Shown: positions 37,653 through 51,277 of the stretch, piece by piece
Position numbering within the stretch: the stretch's first letter is position 1
How the letters are laid out: every line of letters starts with the position of its first letter
Program-made: the position numbers and the translations under genes
The notes under the pieces: model-generated
Databases searched by the model: none
Told to the model about the DNA's origin: nothing
Seen by the model: the letters and a program-made list of their open reading frames with translations, nothing else
Assembly: GCF_001447785.1 (NCBI RefSeq)
Contig: NW_015159728.1
Location: 531,622-595,621, forward strand
Direction: 5' to 3'
Length of the DNA stretch: 64,000 bases
Origin: Gekko japonicus
Taxonomy: Eukaryota

Positions 37653-40341
37653 GTAAGTAAGGAAAGAACCCTCTGCCTCTCGTAGCAGTTGCCATCCAGC
37701 ATGCTACCTGTTAGGGCGGACATCCACTGTGGAATGAGGCTTCCAAGACCACATGCTGTGTATACTGGGGATGTAATCTCCAAGGAGCCATCTGTGCATG
37801 TAGTACTGCATTCTAAATATTACTCTTGGGGAAATGTCATTCATTGGCTTCCTACATGTCCCACCCACTGATTCTTGGAATTGTGCCTTTTCTACCTACC
37901 TTGCCACAGTCTCAGTGGCCACAACTGAGCAACAGTGTGGTAGGTACCTTAAGTGAAGCCATGTTGGGACTCTCTCATAGAGAAAAGCTCCATTATGCAC
38001 AAACCCTTGGTGGGAGGGAGGTGACAATCACCAGATGCATATAGTACCACTCACTTGTGGTGGACTTATCGTGTGGATCAGCCTCTACATTGTTACATTG
38101 AAAACGGCCACCATGCCTCTGCTTGCTTGTGCAAATTAGTTCTTAGTTGCGTTGTGTATTTGCATTAGTATGGGAATATCACATGACAAACATGAGTCTT
38201 AACAAAATTGTTTTCTGAAAGGGAGGGGAGTTTGATTGTGTGTAGGGGTGGTGGCCTGCTCACCAAGCCAGAGGCAAAGCCCTGGGCAACAGCAGAGTGT
38301 CACAGCAACAGCTTCTGGCAGGCAGGGCTCAGCAACCGGGTCCAAAGGCAACAAAGTTCACAAGACTCACGCAGCTGGTAGGCTCATCTTCAGGGTTTCA
38401 CACATATTGATCCCACTCTGGCTCCAGCCTCACTGCAGGCTTATATAGAGAGTTTCCCTGCAGGTGATGCTAGATCCAGCATTATCCTCATCTGGCAAGC
38501 TGAGTCAGCTTCTCTACTCACAAGAGGCAGCGGGGCCCCAAATCCTTCAGTGGCTTGTTGGCTTCTTCTGGCACTTCCTTGCTCAAGGGGAGGCTTTGGG
38601 CTGTCAGGCATGCATGCCTGTGCCCGGTCCAGGCCTCGGCCCTAGCTCTTTGCCTTCTCTGCTCCTGGGGATACTTTGGCCGGTTCATGCTGGGACCTCC
38701 TGGCTCAAGGGTTCCGCTGGCTCAGAGGGCATTGGCAGCACTGGTGAAGGTTCCCTTTTGGGGGGGAGATACTGAGCAATCCACCTCACAGGGCTCCAAT
38801 GAGGACTCATCATCCCACGCTAACCCGGGGTGGTCTATGACGGGTGGTGTGCAAGGAGATGAGGGTGCTACAAGGTCTTCTGGTGCTTTAAAATCCAGCT
38901 TGTCAGTACAATTAGGGTTCACTGGCTGAGTAGCATCACTGTGAAACAACTACTGCATTCTGCTCGCAGTCTGTCTCAAATGGGCCTTAGGCTTGATTTT
39001 AAACCTGATGGTGGTGAGGACAAAAGAACTCAGCTGTGGGACTTTGCATTCTCACCATGTCCCATTTAAAATGATCTACCTGTATGAATTCCCACAGGCT
39101 AGTTATTTCGCCTCAGCCAGTGATAATGTTTAACGTATGCCTCAAAGATTGGTTTCTCTGTGTATTAATTGGGCAGCTTTCTATTGTAATCGTTATGTTA
39201 CACAGCATGCTACACATATGTGACTGTGTGTCCTTCACACATGTACCTCCTGAGCTGGTTACAGGATCCTAGCTGTATCTATAGGCGCATGCTTGTGATG
39301 ATGATGGGGGGGAAATATGAGACAGAGAAAGCCTTTAATTAAACTAAATATTTATTAAATACAGGGACAGAAAGAAAGGGGGCAAAACTAGAGAATGCAA
39401 TAAAATATAACTTGGGCAATGTAATGAAAAAGCAATTGAACACACATTAAGGAATACAACAGAGAGCAATTAAATAATGGCCACACGTAATGTATGGACA
39501 TGTGGTGTGCCCTAAAGGGAGCAGGGGGGGAAGAAAGGATCGCAGATGATCTGGGAGAGGAAGGGTAGGGCCTGAAGTGGAGAGTGCAATGAGGGGAGGT
39601 AGAAAGGCATTGAGGTGGGGGAGGGGAATGCTCGGCCAAGCAAGGCTAAAGAAGAGAGGTAGGGGGAGAGAAGCTGATGGTGATGCCCAGGAGCTGATAG
39701 GGAACAGAAGGAAAGGGGAGTGCGGTGATGGGAGAGGAGGAGGGAAGTGGAGCAGGGGACAGAGAGAACAGGAGGCAAGCATACAGTGGGAGTGAGAGCA
39801 GCTGGGGGGGCAAGATAGATGGGGGAGATCTGCACATGTTGGTTGATACTGAAGTGTGAGCATACTTCAGTTATAGTGGTGGAAGGATCTGGCTGGGGTG
39901 AAAGTGAACTGAACTTTAACAAGTGTCACAGTGGTGAAAGTGTACCTAAAATGCAAGGCTAAACTTGGGTCTATTTATATCCGAATTCATTCCTTTTACT
40001 GCCAGTCGTGGGAACAAAGGCAGAAAATGTTATGCTGCTGATTACGGTTCACAGGGAAGGCCTGTGTTATTTGGGATGCTTCTTGAGGGGAAATGAATGT
40101 AAGCACTAGTTGTTCATTCTGGCCTGGGCAAGGAGTAGCCCTTGGCACTGCACAAGCCTTTTGATACGTGGCATGACAGTTTCCCCGGGAAACCTGGTTG
40201 TCTCATCATAAGATGGCATCTGATTAAAGTCAGTTCCTATCATGATCCTCTGATTTGAGTGCAGTTGGGAGTCCACTGGAACCGAAGTCCTCAAGAGTGC
40301 AGGGCACACTGGGGCTGATGCTGCTTCTTTGTTTTTGGCAG

Positions 40342-40530
40342 GTGCAAGATGTCTACACTGGTGAAATAATCAGTGGGTTGAAGATTGAGGACAACTTCAA
40401 GGTGGTCATTAATCCCTCTGGGGTAGTAATGTGGTACGTCTACCCAATAAGGAACCTAGACCAGCCTTTCAGCTTCCTAAACCAGCTTTATAAACGTGAC
40501 ACCAAGAAGTTCCACCCTTTTCCACTGTGA
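40342..40530 (+). CDS. NAGA: NAGA last coding exon
   Basis: [36 protein letters not shown]..stop; total CDS 1296 nt. Confidence 0.94.
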   Translation: MQDVYTGEIISGLKIEDNFKVVINPSGVVMWYVYPIRNLDQPFSFLNQLYKRDTKKFHPFPL

Positions 40531-41522
40531 CATCAAAAGGCCAAATGAATCCTGGGTTGGTACAGCATCTTAGGAAACCTGGTGTGGCTGATAGTACCCC
40601 ACACTGAAAAGAATCAAATTGTACACGTTGGTAATTTACGCATGGCTTCTGGGTACTAATGGAGACAATGTATATCTACCTCAACAGGCTAAGGGAAAGT
40701 AAGGTACTTGGAGAATTGCAGCCTTAATGATTGCCTAACCATGTATATATTAAAATACTCATAGTGTTATCTAGATAGCCTTAAACAGTAGAAGGGAATT
40801 TTGAACTATTCTTATGATTCTGAATCAGCTGCCACAGTAGATATTTAATACCCAGTGGAGAATGATCTTCTGAGAGCTGCGATCTGCTATTCTGCCTACA
40901 TACTAGGGCTATATGCAAATCTTTTTCAAATGTGCAGTAGTAGTTGGGGAAGTTCTACTTGTGACAGGCAGGTGTTCTACGCCTGTGTTCTACGATACTG
41001 CTTGGGAGAGACTGAATCACATTTTCAAATGCAGTGTTGTATCAGACCAGAGGTCCTTCGGGTCCAGTAGTGGCCTATCGTTTGTCTCTGTCATATTCCA
41101 CTTGTAAGGTTCCCTGTTTGTCCCCAAGATCAGGTATTTAGGGCGATGGAAACACTTGTCTATTGCCATAACCGTGACTTGTACTACTCATGAGTACTGA
41201 GCACAAACGTACATGTACTAGACTAGCCTATGGTAATCTCGATAAGGGGTTAGATCTTAACAGAGGATCTTTCCTCCAGTGCGAGATGTTTTCCTAAGAC
41301 CCAAAAGAGTCTATTTGTCACAGAAAGCACTTCTCCCTCTTGCATCAGAGGATGGCTGTTTTGTACCAGAGAAGTCACCACTTCCAGTGGAGCAGATTGG
41401 CAGGAGCCAAGCTGTGGCTTTCCATGAGCAGGCCAGTATGGAAGCAATTTCCACACCTCAGGGAATGTCTCACATTTTGTCCTGTAACTTAGTTCACTTG
41501 TCAGTTATTGAATCAGATTTGG

Positions 41523-41528
41523 AATAAA
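41523..41528 (+). terminator. Candidate NAGA polyadenylation signal (alternative at 42561-42566)
   Basis: AATAAA downstream of the stop codon. Confidence 0.4.
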
Positions 41529-42124
41529 AGGATAGTCATAGAAACCATGACAGTCCAAATAATTCAGAATTGAAACCTGAAAATTCAGCACTTTAGGCTG
41601 AAGGACGTATTTCAGGATGCTGCTCTACCAGAGAAGGCATGTCAACATCATGACTGCCAAAACTTCTGTTCTTTGAACAGCAAATAGGAGAATGAATGAC
41701 TAATATACTGGAACTTTTTTGGAGGGGGGGACACAAGTTCTACCTGTTAACAGGGGGGGAAACTCATTTTTACATGCTAGCTTTATATCTTTGAAGTAGT
41801 AACTTAGAGAGAATATACATACAGCTTGTTGCTATGAGGGGACATAGCAACTCGTTAACTGTTAGGAAGCACTTCTGTATAACAGGAAAACAAAATGGCT
41901 ATAAATGTCTCTGGGGAGTGGGAAAAAATTCAGCAGTGAAAAAACAGGGCAGAACTTAAGCTTAGAGACAGTACACAGTTTTGAGAAATGTACATACAGC
42001 CTAGAAACTTAATTACCTTAATTACCAAAAGAAGGGAGTCAGTTTGGGTAGCAGATTGTACAGTGAGCAATGTCCTCTCCCATAATCTCTTTTAGGGGAC
42101 TTCATGTTAAACAAAAGTAATACT

Positions 42125-42401
42125 GGCCCCGGTCACATGGGCCGCATATTGCGGGAGGGAGGTGTGGCTAATTGCCCCGGAGGGTAATGCTGTGCTCCGG
42201 TGTGATCACACCACGGGCGTCTGGAGGCAGCCCGTGGCAAACGTTTACTAGTACCTTGGAGGTACTAGTTTTTTAACTTGCATTGTTGGCGGTAAGCCAC
42301 GGGTGCGCTCCACTTCCCAGATGTTGGGGTGTGATCGTGCCCAGATAATCCACCCACCATCCGTGCCTCTCCCGTGGCAACTTTGCCGTGTGACCGGGGC
42401 C
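42125..42401. mobile_element. MITE with 3-bp TSD (PIF/Harbinger-like)
   Basis: TIR GGCCCCGGTCACA / TGTGACCGGGGCC flanked by ACT on both sides; CpG-rich. Confidence 0.7.
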
Positions 42402-42714
42402 ACTGTATATCAAATGATACAGATGCAAACAGTTATCAAAACTGGTACAAACTGAACTTGTGCAGGCCAAAATCAAGTTTATCACTGGAAAATTCTGGTA
42501 CTTGTCAGCCATTTGGTGCTACTTTCAATTTGTTTGTAACTTTTATGCATTTGTCTATGGAATAAAGATAATTTGAGACATTGCTCTGCTTGCATTAATG
42601 AATATTGAGTTAGTTATCTTCCAGTCCTTATTAAAGACTCATAGAAGCAAAGAGTTAAGATTGGTAGTACTCAGGAACCTTGTTGATGTTGAAGTAGGGC
42701 AGCATTGTTCCCAC

Positions 42715-42921
42715 CAGTGTTCCCTCTAAGCTGAGTTAGTGTGAGCTAGCTCACAGTTTTTTAGCCTCCAGCTCACACATTTTTGTCTTAGCCCAGGAAA
42801 GATGGCTCTAGAGCAAACTAATTTTATGCAGCAGCCAAACTACCTGCTCACAACTTTAATGCCAGTAGCTCACAAAGTAGAATTTCTGCTCACAGGACTC
42901 CACAGCTTAGAGGGAACATTG
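42715..42921 (-). mobile_element. hAT-type MITE (same family as 25692-25897)
   Basis: TIRs; perfect TSD GTTCCCAC. Confidence 0.85.
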
Positions 42922-43121
42922 GTTCCCACTACCAAGAAATTGTTCCAGGCTAATTATCCGCCCACCAATCTCTGCACAAAGCACAGTTCATTGAGCAGTC
43001 AACATACCAAAACAGACAAAGATTTCAATACTTCTGTATTAAAGTGCAATCCAAAAATATTACAAACGGAGCTAGATATATTGTAGAAAGCTGTAAGCAT
43101 CTTGGATTCCAGTTAAAAGAT

Positions 43122-43127
43122 TTTATT
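43122..43127 (-). terminator. Candidate WBP2NL polyadenylation signal
   Basis: Minus-strand AATAAA about 1.45 kb past the stop codon. Confidence 0.45.
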
Positions 43128-44573
43128 AGAAAAAAGAACCTCCCACGTCTGTAATACTGAGTAATGCCCGCTCAGCTACTAGAGGGGGAAACTGATACCA
43201 CAGTGTGTCTTGAGCTCTTGTGGGGGAAAAAGTCCTAGTCTGTTCAAGGAAAAATTCCCCAATATCCCCTCCATCCATCAAAAGGAACATGCGTTCTCTT
43301 TAGAACTAAATAAGTCAAGTTGCAGCTAAACCAGACTCCTCTTAGCAACAGCTTTGTTAAGAAAGGCATTCTAACAAAAGTTTCCAGAAAGCAGCACAAG
43401 GCTAAAAAAAGTCACAGTTCTTGCCTTCCTCACTCAAAGTTAAGCTAGTTTTTCCAATAGTGTCCCTTGCTCACATAGTTTTGTTGCATTGTGCAATGCT
43501 TCTAGTTACATTCATGCCTAGCTCAACCTGCACAAAGGCCAAGCTGGAGAAATGGCTTCAGTGTTCATCTCTGACAAGACACCTTCCTGCTAAATACACT
43601 TATCTCTGTTACTGTGGACAAAGGAATGCTGAGCAAGGATGGGACTGGTTTCCAGAAGATTCTCCGCACAGGTCCCAACTGCAGGATGCAGGAACTACAC
43701 CCTTTGTTCTGTTCACCAGGTCCCTAGTTTCACAATGCTTCCAGTTCATATAAACAGATCTTCCATCTGCCAGAACCTGGCCTCATTTAGATTTGAGACC
43801 TGTTACTGTGTCCCACCCACTGCAAAAGATCAGATACACTTGAGATCCACAGTCATAAGGAAAGCAACTGAGAATTCTAGTGTATGAAATCTGTAACACC
43901 TCAGTACTTCTCTTTCATGATGAGTGATCAGAATCCAAAGAGCAAACAAAATCTTTGCTGTGTGATTTCCCCCATGTAATGGAAGATACAGTAACAGCTA
44001 CTGGTTAGTCTTCTGGCCTTTCCCCATCCAACCAACTGGACTTTTTAAAAAGATGCTGGCAGACTTTCCCCCGAAGTCTGCCATGCCACTTACCCAGTAA
44101 GGAGACAGAAGTCTCCAACATATTTACAGGATTCCCTCTTATGCATTAAACTGCACAGTTAAAACTTTAACACTGCACTGATGCCAATGGGCATAAGACT
44201 TCTTTTATATTCATATTTGTGAATTTTAAAAGAGTTCTGCTTCATGCAAAGAGGTCCAATATTTCATTTCTATGCATGGGACTTGTCTTCCTTTGCAGTG
44301 CGGGTAATTCACCTCTCCTTCAAACTAAAAGGCTGAAACAGTCACAGCATTTCCGTCCTGGCCCCAGGAGAAAATCCAAACAGTCAGGAAAGTGTTACTA
44401 TCACTGTCATTTTGTATTGCCCTGACAAGAGTTTTAAGAGCTGTTGATGTTAAATCACCCAACATGATATATGTTATTGACACTGAATGATCTAGTAACA
44501 GAGAGCCAGAGGTGGTGGCAACGAGGTCTTCAAGGGCAAAAACACACAAGGGAGGTTGGCTGCTGGGCTCCTG

Positions 44574-44621
44574 CTAGTTGTTTTTTTTCTCCTCGGGTGG
44601 TGAATAAGGAGGCGGCTGACC
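44574..44621 (-). CDS. WBP2NL: WBP2NL exon 8
   Basis: GQPPPYSPPEEKKNN*, resembling the WBP2 C-terminus; TTTTTAG acceptor. Confidence 0.88.
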   Translation of the reverse strand, partial: GQPPPYSPPEEKKNN

Positions 44622-45706
44622 CTAAAAAGAAAACAAAACTGCATCATTCAGGCTAGAATACTTAAGGCTAGGCTGTTTTTATTCCTTCTGGCTGCTATTT
44701 ATTAGTTATTTCCATGCAACGTCCTTTGTGATAGCTCCTTATTGTGCTCCAAGATGGACAAAACACATCAAGGTGAGAGTAGTGGAACCATAAAGTATCT
44801 TGTTATTTTCCACATTATGCAAAAGAAGTTTGGTATTGCCCAGAAAAATGCTGCAAGCCACACTACACGATTTTATGTGTATGCTTGTTTTGAAGAGTTA
44901 CAGTGCTATGTCTCACCATTATCCCCTTCCTTTAATTGGCGGGGGGAGAGAGAGAGAGATACTGGATATCCCAGCATCAGCATTACTCAACTGACAAGGT
45001 GCTGTTTTTTAAACACACACTGTGTCCTTGAGTTCTCTCACTCTTTGCACTAAGCTCCAATACCAGGTTTGCTTACAGCACTATAAAAAGTTGGCTTGTC
45101 TAATCTAACCATTTGCAAGTTAGGCTCATCTCAGAAATATAAAAGCCTGGGAAATGAAAGGTTTCTGGAGCCTTTTTCTCTCTCCAATGTTTTCCAATGG
45201 AAAAACTGGAACATTTCAGGGCACACTGGGGGAAAAAATTCCTATGAAATATTTTCTCTTACAATGAGTAAATTGTATGGCATGAAAAAGTCTGAGGACT
45301 TTTCCCAATGGACAACCCTCTTATACCATAGACATATACAGTATTTCCAAGATAATTTACATTTGAATAAAACTATTTGGCAATAAATATGCTAAAATGT
45401 ATTCACTAAGACATTATTAAAAGGTATCCAACATGCAGTTTCTGTCCAAATAGCAAACTTTTTTTTTTACTACAGAGTTTGTTTTCTACCGTCAACCTTT
45501 TCCCCTTCCTCTCAGATGGCAGTAACGTTTCCCCCCCCCATGGGGGAGGGGAACAGAAAGTGTGTTTTTTCCTGGGGCTTCAAAATGTCCAGATATCTTA
45601 CATGTCTAGTTCAGCTGCTTGTGAGAGCATCAAAAACCTAGCTCTTCCTACACCACTGTTTCCCACTCCTGCTCCACCCCAAAGATCTCCTCCCGAGATT
45701 CCTTAC

Positions 45707-45783
45707 CATAGGCATGTAGACATTATGGGGATCGGCAGGGTTATAATATGCACTAGAAGTTGCAGGTGTTGCTTTGTTGCCAC
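45707..45783 (-). CDS. WBP2NL: WBP2NL exon 7
   Basis: (G)GNKATPATSSAYYNPADPHNVYMPM; 77 nt. Confidence 0.9.
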
Positions 45784-46769
45784 CTACAAAGTAAGGGAAG
45801 AACCAGGCAGAACTTGTTCACAGATACAAAAACAATAGAGATGATTTGTAGAGCATCTTTTTCTGGATAAGACAAGAGAGGGCAGATTCCTCCATTCCCT
45901 GCAGGAAGGGAACGCAGCATGACTACGTACCCAGCACCATCAGCTGTTTGATTTTTAACTGCAGTGGTTTTGAGGGGCCAAGGATGGGGGACCGGACAAT
46001 GATCACAAGGACAAAATGACATCAAGAAGCAGGCCAACAAAGATGGAGGAATCCACACACAAGCACACACAGTTCCAATGCAACCCTTCTCCAAGGTTAG
46101 GTAGCTACAAGGACTTCAGCCAAAGTGTGCATTCTTGTTGGAAAATATTATGATTTTTGATATGCTTTTGAGACTATGACCAGTCTTTCACCAGGTTTCC
46201 CTCCACAATCCCTCAGAATTAGTTACACTTTTACATATGAAGCTGACTTATATCAAGTCAGACCACTGGTCCATTTAGCTTTGTACTGTCTATTCAGACC
46301 ACCAGTGGCTCTTAAGGGTCTCAGGTAGAGTTATTCTCAACACCTGATACTTTGAAATATTTTAAACTGAAGATGCCAAGGGCCTTCCGCATGGGAAGTA
46401 TCTGCTCCAGTACTCAACTACAGCCCCTGTCCTTATTGCTAAGATAACTGGCTGAAAACATTACTGAGGAAATCAGATGACTATATGTGGACAGCCCTCA
46501 GGTTCCATATACATGGAATAAATATCCCCCTCCCCTTTCCAGTCATATTCCATCTCTTATTGAAACAGTTAGCAGAAAAAAGCACAAGAATTCATTTTAA
46601 ATATAGATATCCTCCAAATAGTAGAAAATATGATAGAACAGAAGTGAATTACTTATTAACATGTTTACTATTTATGCCTCTTCAACTGAGAACTTCTTAT
46701 TCAAAACCTAGGAAATGCCATCTAGGCAAAATCTGACATTAATTTTAAACAAAGAAGCCCTCAAGAGAT

Positions 46770-47031
46770 GAAGAAGAGATTGGATTTATACCCCACCCCT
46801 CACCACCCGAAAGCGTCTCAGAACGGTTTACAATCTCCTTTCCCTTCCCTTACCCACAACAGACAGAGGGGGCTGAGAGAGCTCTTTTGAAAACTGCTTG
46901 TGAGAGAACAGCTCTGAAAGAATTTGTAACTGACCCAAGGTCACACCAGCAGCTGCACGTGGAGGAGTGGGGAAATCAAACCCAGTTCTCCCAGATTAGA
47001 GTCCACACTCCTAACCACTACACCAAATTGG
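46770..47031 (-). mobile_element. Squam3-like SINE
   Basis: Similarity to 10446-10722. Confidence 0.8.
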
Positions 47032-47076
47032 ACAAGCCTTTGTCACTGCCACTGGAACCCTTTTTACTCGTCTTAC

Positions 47077-47187
47077 CTGGCATTCCAGGCTCCGCCCAGG
47101 CTGTAGGGGCTGAAGGGCCTGCAGCAGAAGGGCCAGGATATGGAGGAGGAGGTGCCATATACATCCCACCTGGTGGTGGATACATGC
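47077..47187 (-). CDS. WBP2NL: WBP2NL exon 6 (PPxY motif)
   Basis: (G)MYPPPGGMYMAPPPPYPGPSAAGPSAPTAWAEPGMP; 111 nt; AG/GT. Confidence 0.88.
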
Positions 47188-48906
47188 CTGAAGGAAGGAG
47201 ATATTGCGTGCCACATCACTCTACATACGTATCACAGCAGTATGCAGCTGATAGCAGTTCTGCATTAAATGTCATCCCCTACTGTCCCAGAAATAAGGCC
47301 CCTGTTTCTTGAGTGACTCATGTATTTAGAGCTGGAAGACCATCATGCAAGATGTCTACCCCAGTTCTGTCATTGTTCCCACTAGCTGTACAGCATGCGC
47401 AGAGTGAAGCATCCTGCACTGGTATACTGTGGGGAATGATGCAGTGAACCAATGCATTCTATACAATAAGTTAAGGGTTATGTGGACAACCTTTTGTAAC
47501 TGCCACTGGAACCCTTTTTACTGTTCTTAGGATTAAGGATGTAGTGTGGGGGGTTTTGGGGGGGGTTAACGAATAGCAAATAGTAATTTGCTATTTGCTG
47601 AACTGCTACTAGTGGCAAAACACTGTAAACAAACTTATAATAAAAGAATATCAAAGAAAGATTTTGACACAGCATTAATACAATTATTATTTGCAAAATA
47701 CTTCAGGAAGTAATGAAATCAGAAGTTATCACTACAGTATTAGGACTTGTACTTGAACAAATAAGTCCACTGTATATATTATACTGTTGTTATTGCAGTG
47801 TTCTTCAATCTTGTAATCTAGCTTTATTGCACTGTGTTACTATAATGTTGTATGCATTATACTGTTTTACTACATTATTTTCCAGTCTTGCACCTCTGTT
47901 TTAATGTGTTCCTACTGCATTGTTTTTAATTATGTAATCAACCTCTTTAAGTAATCCACTATCTCAGCAAGAAAGGTGGACTATAAAAAATAAATGTTAC
48001 TTGCCCAAATGAGAATAAACCATGTGACAATGTCAAGCAAAGAAGTGTTTTTTACTGCTTGCAATAGGATATTGGAGGATTAAGACTGTTCCTTTTCTAA
48101 CAATTAGTCAGCCTTCTTTTCATGATTTATTTTTATGAGATTTATAATACATTTTTAAAAGATATTTCTTATTCATTTAGAGAAGTCGTCCTCTATTAGT
48201 ATTATTATTATTAATAATAATACTAATAATACTAATAATAATAATATTTATATCCCGCCCTCCCCGCGGATGGGCTCAGGGCAGCTCACAATTAACGGGT
48301 ATGTATAATGACTACTCTTGTTACTAACTATGATCCTCTCCACAGAAGCAAAGTCTGTTCACATATTATCATTTATTAGATTTCTGAATAGCCCCATCCC
48401 TGAGTACACAGAGCTCTGGGCAACTTACAACAGGTTAAAACGTATAAAAATACAAATGAAAATCAACAATCAGTTAATCTTAATTAATCTTAATCTTTGA
48501 TTTGGGTCAGCTGCTTCAGTCATTTCCACTACCTGGAATTTATTTTTCTGTTTCCTCTCACTGTGTGGGGGAAGGGGAGGATCATCCAATTACACTGATC
48601 CAGGGCAGGCAAGGAAGTACCCTCTTCACACATCACAAAACTGGTTTATGGAATTTACTGCAACTGGCTTTGAGAGCTTAAAAGGTGATGAGAAAATGGG
48701 ACACCCTACTTGAGGGTTTCCCAGAAGCATATGACTGGCCAATGTAGGATGCTAGACTAGATGCTAGTACAGAGGCATTTTTAGCTTAACCCAGCTCTTA
48801 CGTTTTAACATATTTTTGTCCACTTCTATAGTAAATACTATAGGGGAGTATAATACTGCCCGTATCTGAGCAACACAATCTTATGAAGACAGCTAGAACC
48901 ACTCAC

Positions 48907-49110
48907 CTGGAGGAGGCGCATACGGATATCCCATAGGTTGTGCAGGTCCGTATCCATTCATGTAAGGGTACGGTCCAGCAGCAGGCGGTGAAGTAACATA
49001 AGCCCCTGGTGCTGATAAGTAACTTCCTGGAACAGGTGGATGAGGGGCATAGCCCCCAGCAATATATGCAAACCCATAGCCAAAGCTCTGAACAGGTACT
49101 CCCCTGGAAG
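48907..49110 (-). CDS. WBP2NL: WBP2NL exon 5
   Basis: (A)SRGVPVQSFGYGFAY..MGYPYAPPP; 204 nt; AG/GT. Confidence 0.88.
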
Positions 49111-49506
49111 CTAAACAGAATATATTTAGTAAGCAAGATTTAGAGGAGAAAATGTTTTCACTGCATTTTGGTGAGCAATATGACTGTATTCATCATATTT
49201 GTCAGCTCAAATCCTGAAATGGATGCACAAGCATATAACTAATGTATCAATAAATGTTGGTTTTAAGCAACTCTTTCAAAAAAACCCACTATGTTGACAG
49301 ATGTTTGTTATCAGTACTGTTTGTTATCAGCAAGAATGGAACTTGAGGGTGAGAAGAAATAGGTCAAGGAGTGCAAAAATCATAAGCATGAAGTAGTGGA
49401 GAGTGTGTTTCTATTGCAGGACTATTTAGCGCACAGCTGTCAATATCTGCTACTTAAACCAGGCAGCAGGTACTAAACAATTAGGACTAGAGGGCAAGAG
49501 TCTTAC

Positions 49507-49599
49507 CATCTCTGGCCTGTCTGAACATCAATTCCCCAAATTCAATGGCACCTCCACTGCAGAAGATCATCTTAAATGAAGCCTGACCTTCCCAGCCAC
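49507..49599 (-). CDS. WBP2NL: WBP2NL exon 4
   Basis: (G)GWEGQASFKMIFCSGGAIEFGELMFRQARD; 93 nt. Confidence 0.93.
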
Positions 49600-50528
49600 C
49601 TATGGGAAATAATCATAGACATTTTAATCATGAAAGGTTCTCAAGATAAAAACTAGGATTGAATCTTGTCTGTTTCTTGGCAGTGAAGGCAAAACAAACA
49701 TTGTTTAACTTTAAAAAGTGAGATAATTGTGAGATTCAACTGTATTTTACAACTGGCAACACACTACAATGAAAGCTCCAATGCACCCCAATATTAAGTA
49801 TAGTACCCACAAAACTAAGTTACAATGAGATTTGTGCAAGGGCAGCACTTGGTCAATTGCTCTCTTCTTCTCCCAGCATCCAAAAAGGGCTCACGGAGAT
49901 GCTTCTTCTTTGAAGTAGAAACTCAAAATGCTGAGGGAGTGAAAATCTGCACTTCACCTTGAAAGACCTAGGTGGGTAGTGGGTAGCTTAAGCCAAAGCC
50001 AAGTGTTTCCCACTTAAAAAAAAAAAATTAATCAGAGTCTGAAACGAACCATAGTGTGAGCAAAATCTTTAACTTATTTCAGCATGAAGCCTCTGTGACT
50101 TGGTTGTCAAATTCTTAGCTGAAATGCAAGTTTAAAAAAAGAAAGAAAGAAAGCTTCTCCTACTTTCAAATCCAAACTGTCAGAAGAGCAGAAAGAAAAT
50201 TAATGTGGACAATCCTCACAATGCTTATTTTATACCGGTGCCACTAGAGGAAAGCATTTGCAAGCCAAGATGGTTATTTCCACAAGTCGAAGACTGACAG
50301 AGAATCAGGTCAACATGGAGGGGGGGGGGGTTGTTTTGTTTAGCTGCAGGTATTTACTAAACAGTACAAGGGAATTCTCTCTCAGATCCAAAGGGATTCT
50401 ATATATTCTCTGTGGAATCCGTTGCCCAAAAGCAATGGGAATGAAAAACTAAATCCTCCAATGGAATATATACATGCCTACTACAAACTCAACAAATGCA
50501 TTTCTCTGCATGACTGGTGGTAACATAC

Positions 50529-50664
50529 CTCCCGGTTCTGCTTGAATCACTCCTTTGATATAATTAGCAGAAAATACTGGCTGTTCAATAGAGCATCCTT
50601 TCATCAAGGTGAATGGCATCTGGAAGGACATCATTGGGTCTTTGCCCTTGGACAAAAAGATAAC
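50529..50664 (-). CDS. WBP2NL: WBP2NL exon 3 (GRAM domain)
   Basis: [45 protein letters not shown]; 136 nt. Confidence 0.94.
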
Positions 50665-51168
50665 CTGCAAGAAAATACAAAGCAGCACCCCAGTCAAAGA
50701 TCTCATTGTGGAGAGGGACATCAATAAGGGAAAGATGTTCCTATCCAAGGTATTCAAGGCCCAACCTGTAGAAGATTTACAGGCAGTCATTTAGGAAATT
50801 TCTGCAGGTGCACACTGAGAAAAACCGCTAAAATGTTCCATACAACAATTCAGGAGCATTATCCTCCATTGCATGTGGAAGAAAAGTCTCAGGTTGCAGG
50901 TTAAAGGTGGGTATACAGCCTAAAATTTTTGAAGACTATTCAGAAGAAAGACCCAAAGTTAAAGGGGCACAGTTTACTAGCATCAAGCCCTTCATTCCCA
51001 AAAAAAGGAGTACAGCCTAAATATCAACCTAGCAAAAGCCCCCTTGGCTACCTGCACAAATCAAACCAAACCTGGATCCAGGAGTGCTCATTTCCTCTTT
51101 TAAAGAACGATCACTTAACAGTGTCTGGACAAAAGTAATGGACTGTATGCAACTGGCCCAAAACTTAC

Positions 51169-51277
51169 TCTGTAAGGGGTAAGTAACACCATCCCTTTCT
51201 TGGTGCCTTTGAAGATATCAGATTTGCCGGTCACATCAGAGAAGGTCAATTCCACATCTTTACACTGCTTGATGATG
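51169..51277 (-). CDS. WBP2NL: WBP2NL exon 2 (GRAM domain)
   Basis: (C)IIKQCKDVELTFSDVTGKSDIFKGTKKGMVLLTPYR; 109 nt. Confidence 0.93.

Noticed and set aside
38230-39070. Possible retroelement or coding remnant (several short ORFs, PPT-like GGGGGGAGATACTG)
   Set aside because: No recognisable domain, termini or TSD; cannot classify
26886-40530. Alpha-galactosidase A (GLA) identity
   Set aside because: The pocket reads SCSWPAY (NAGA type), not SCEWPLY; exon sizes and synteny match NAGA
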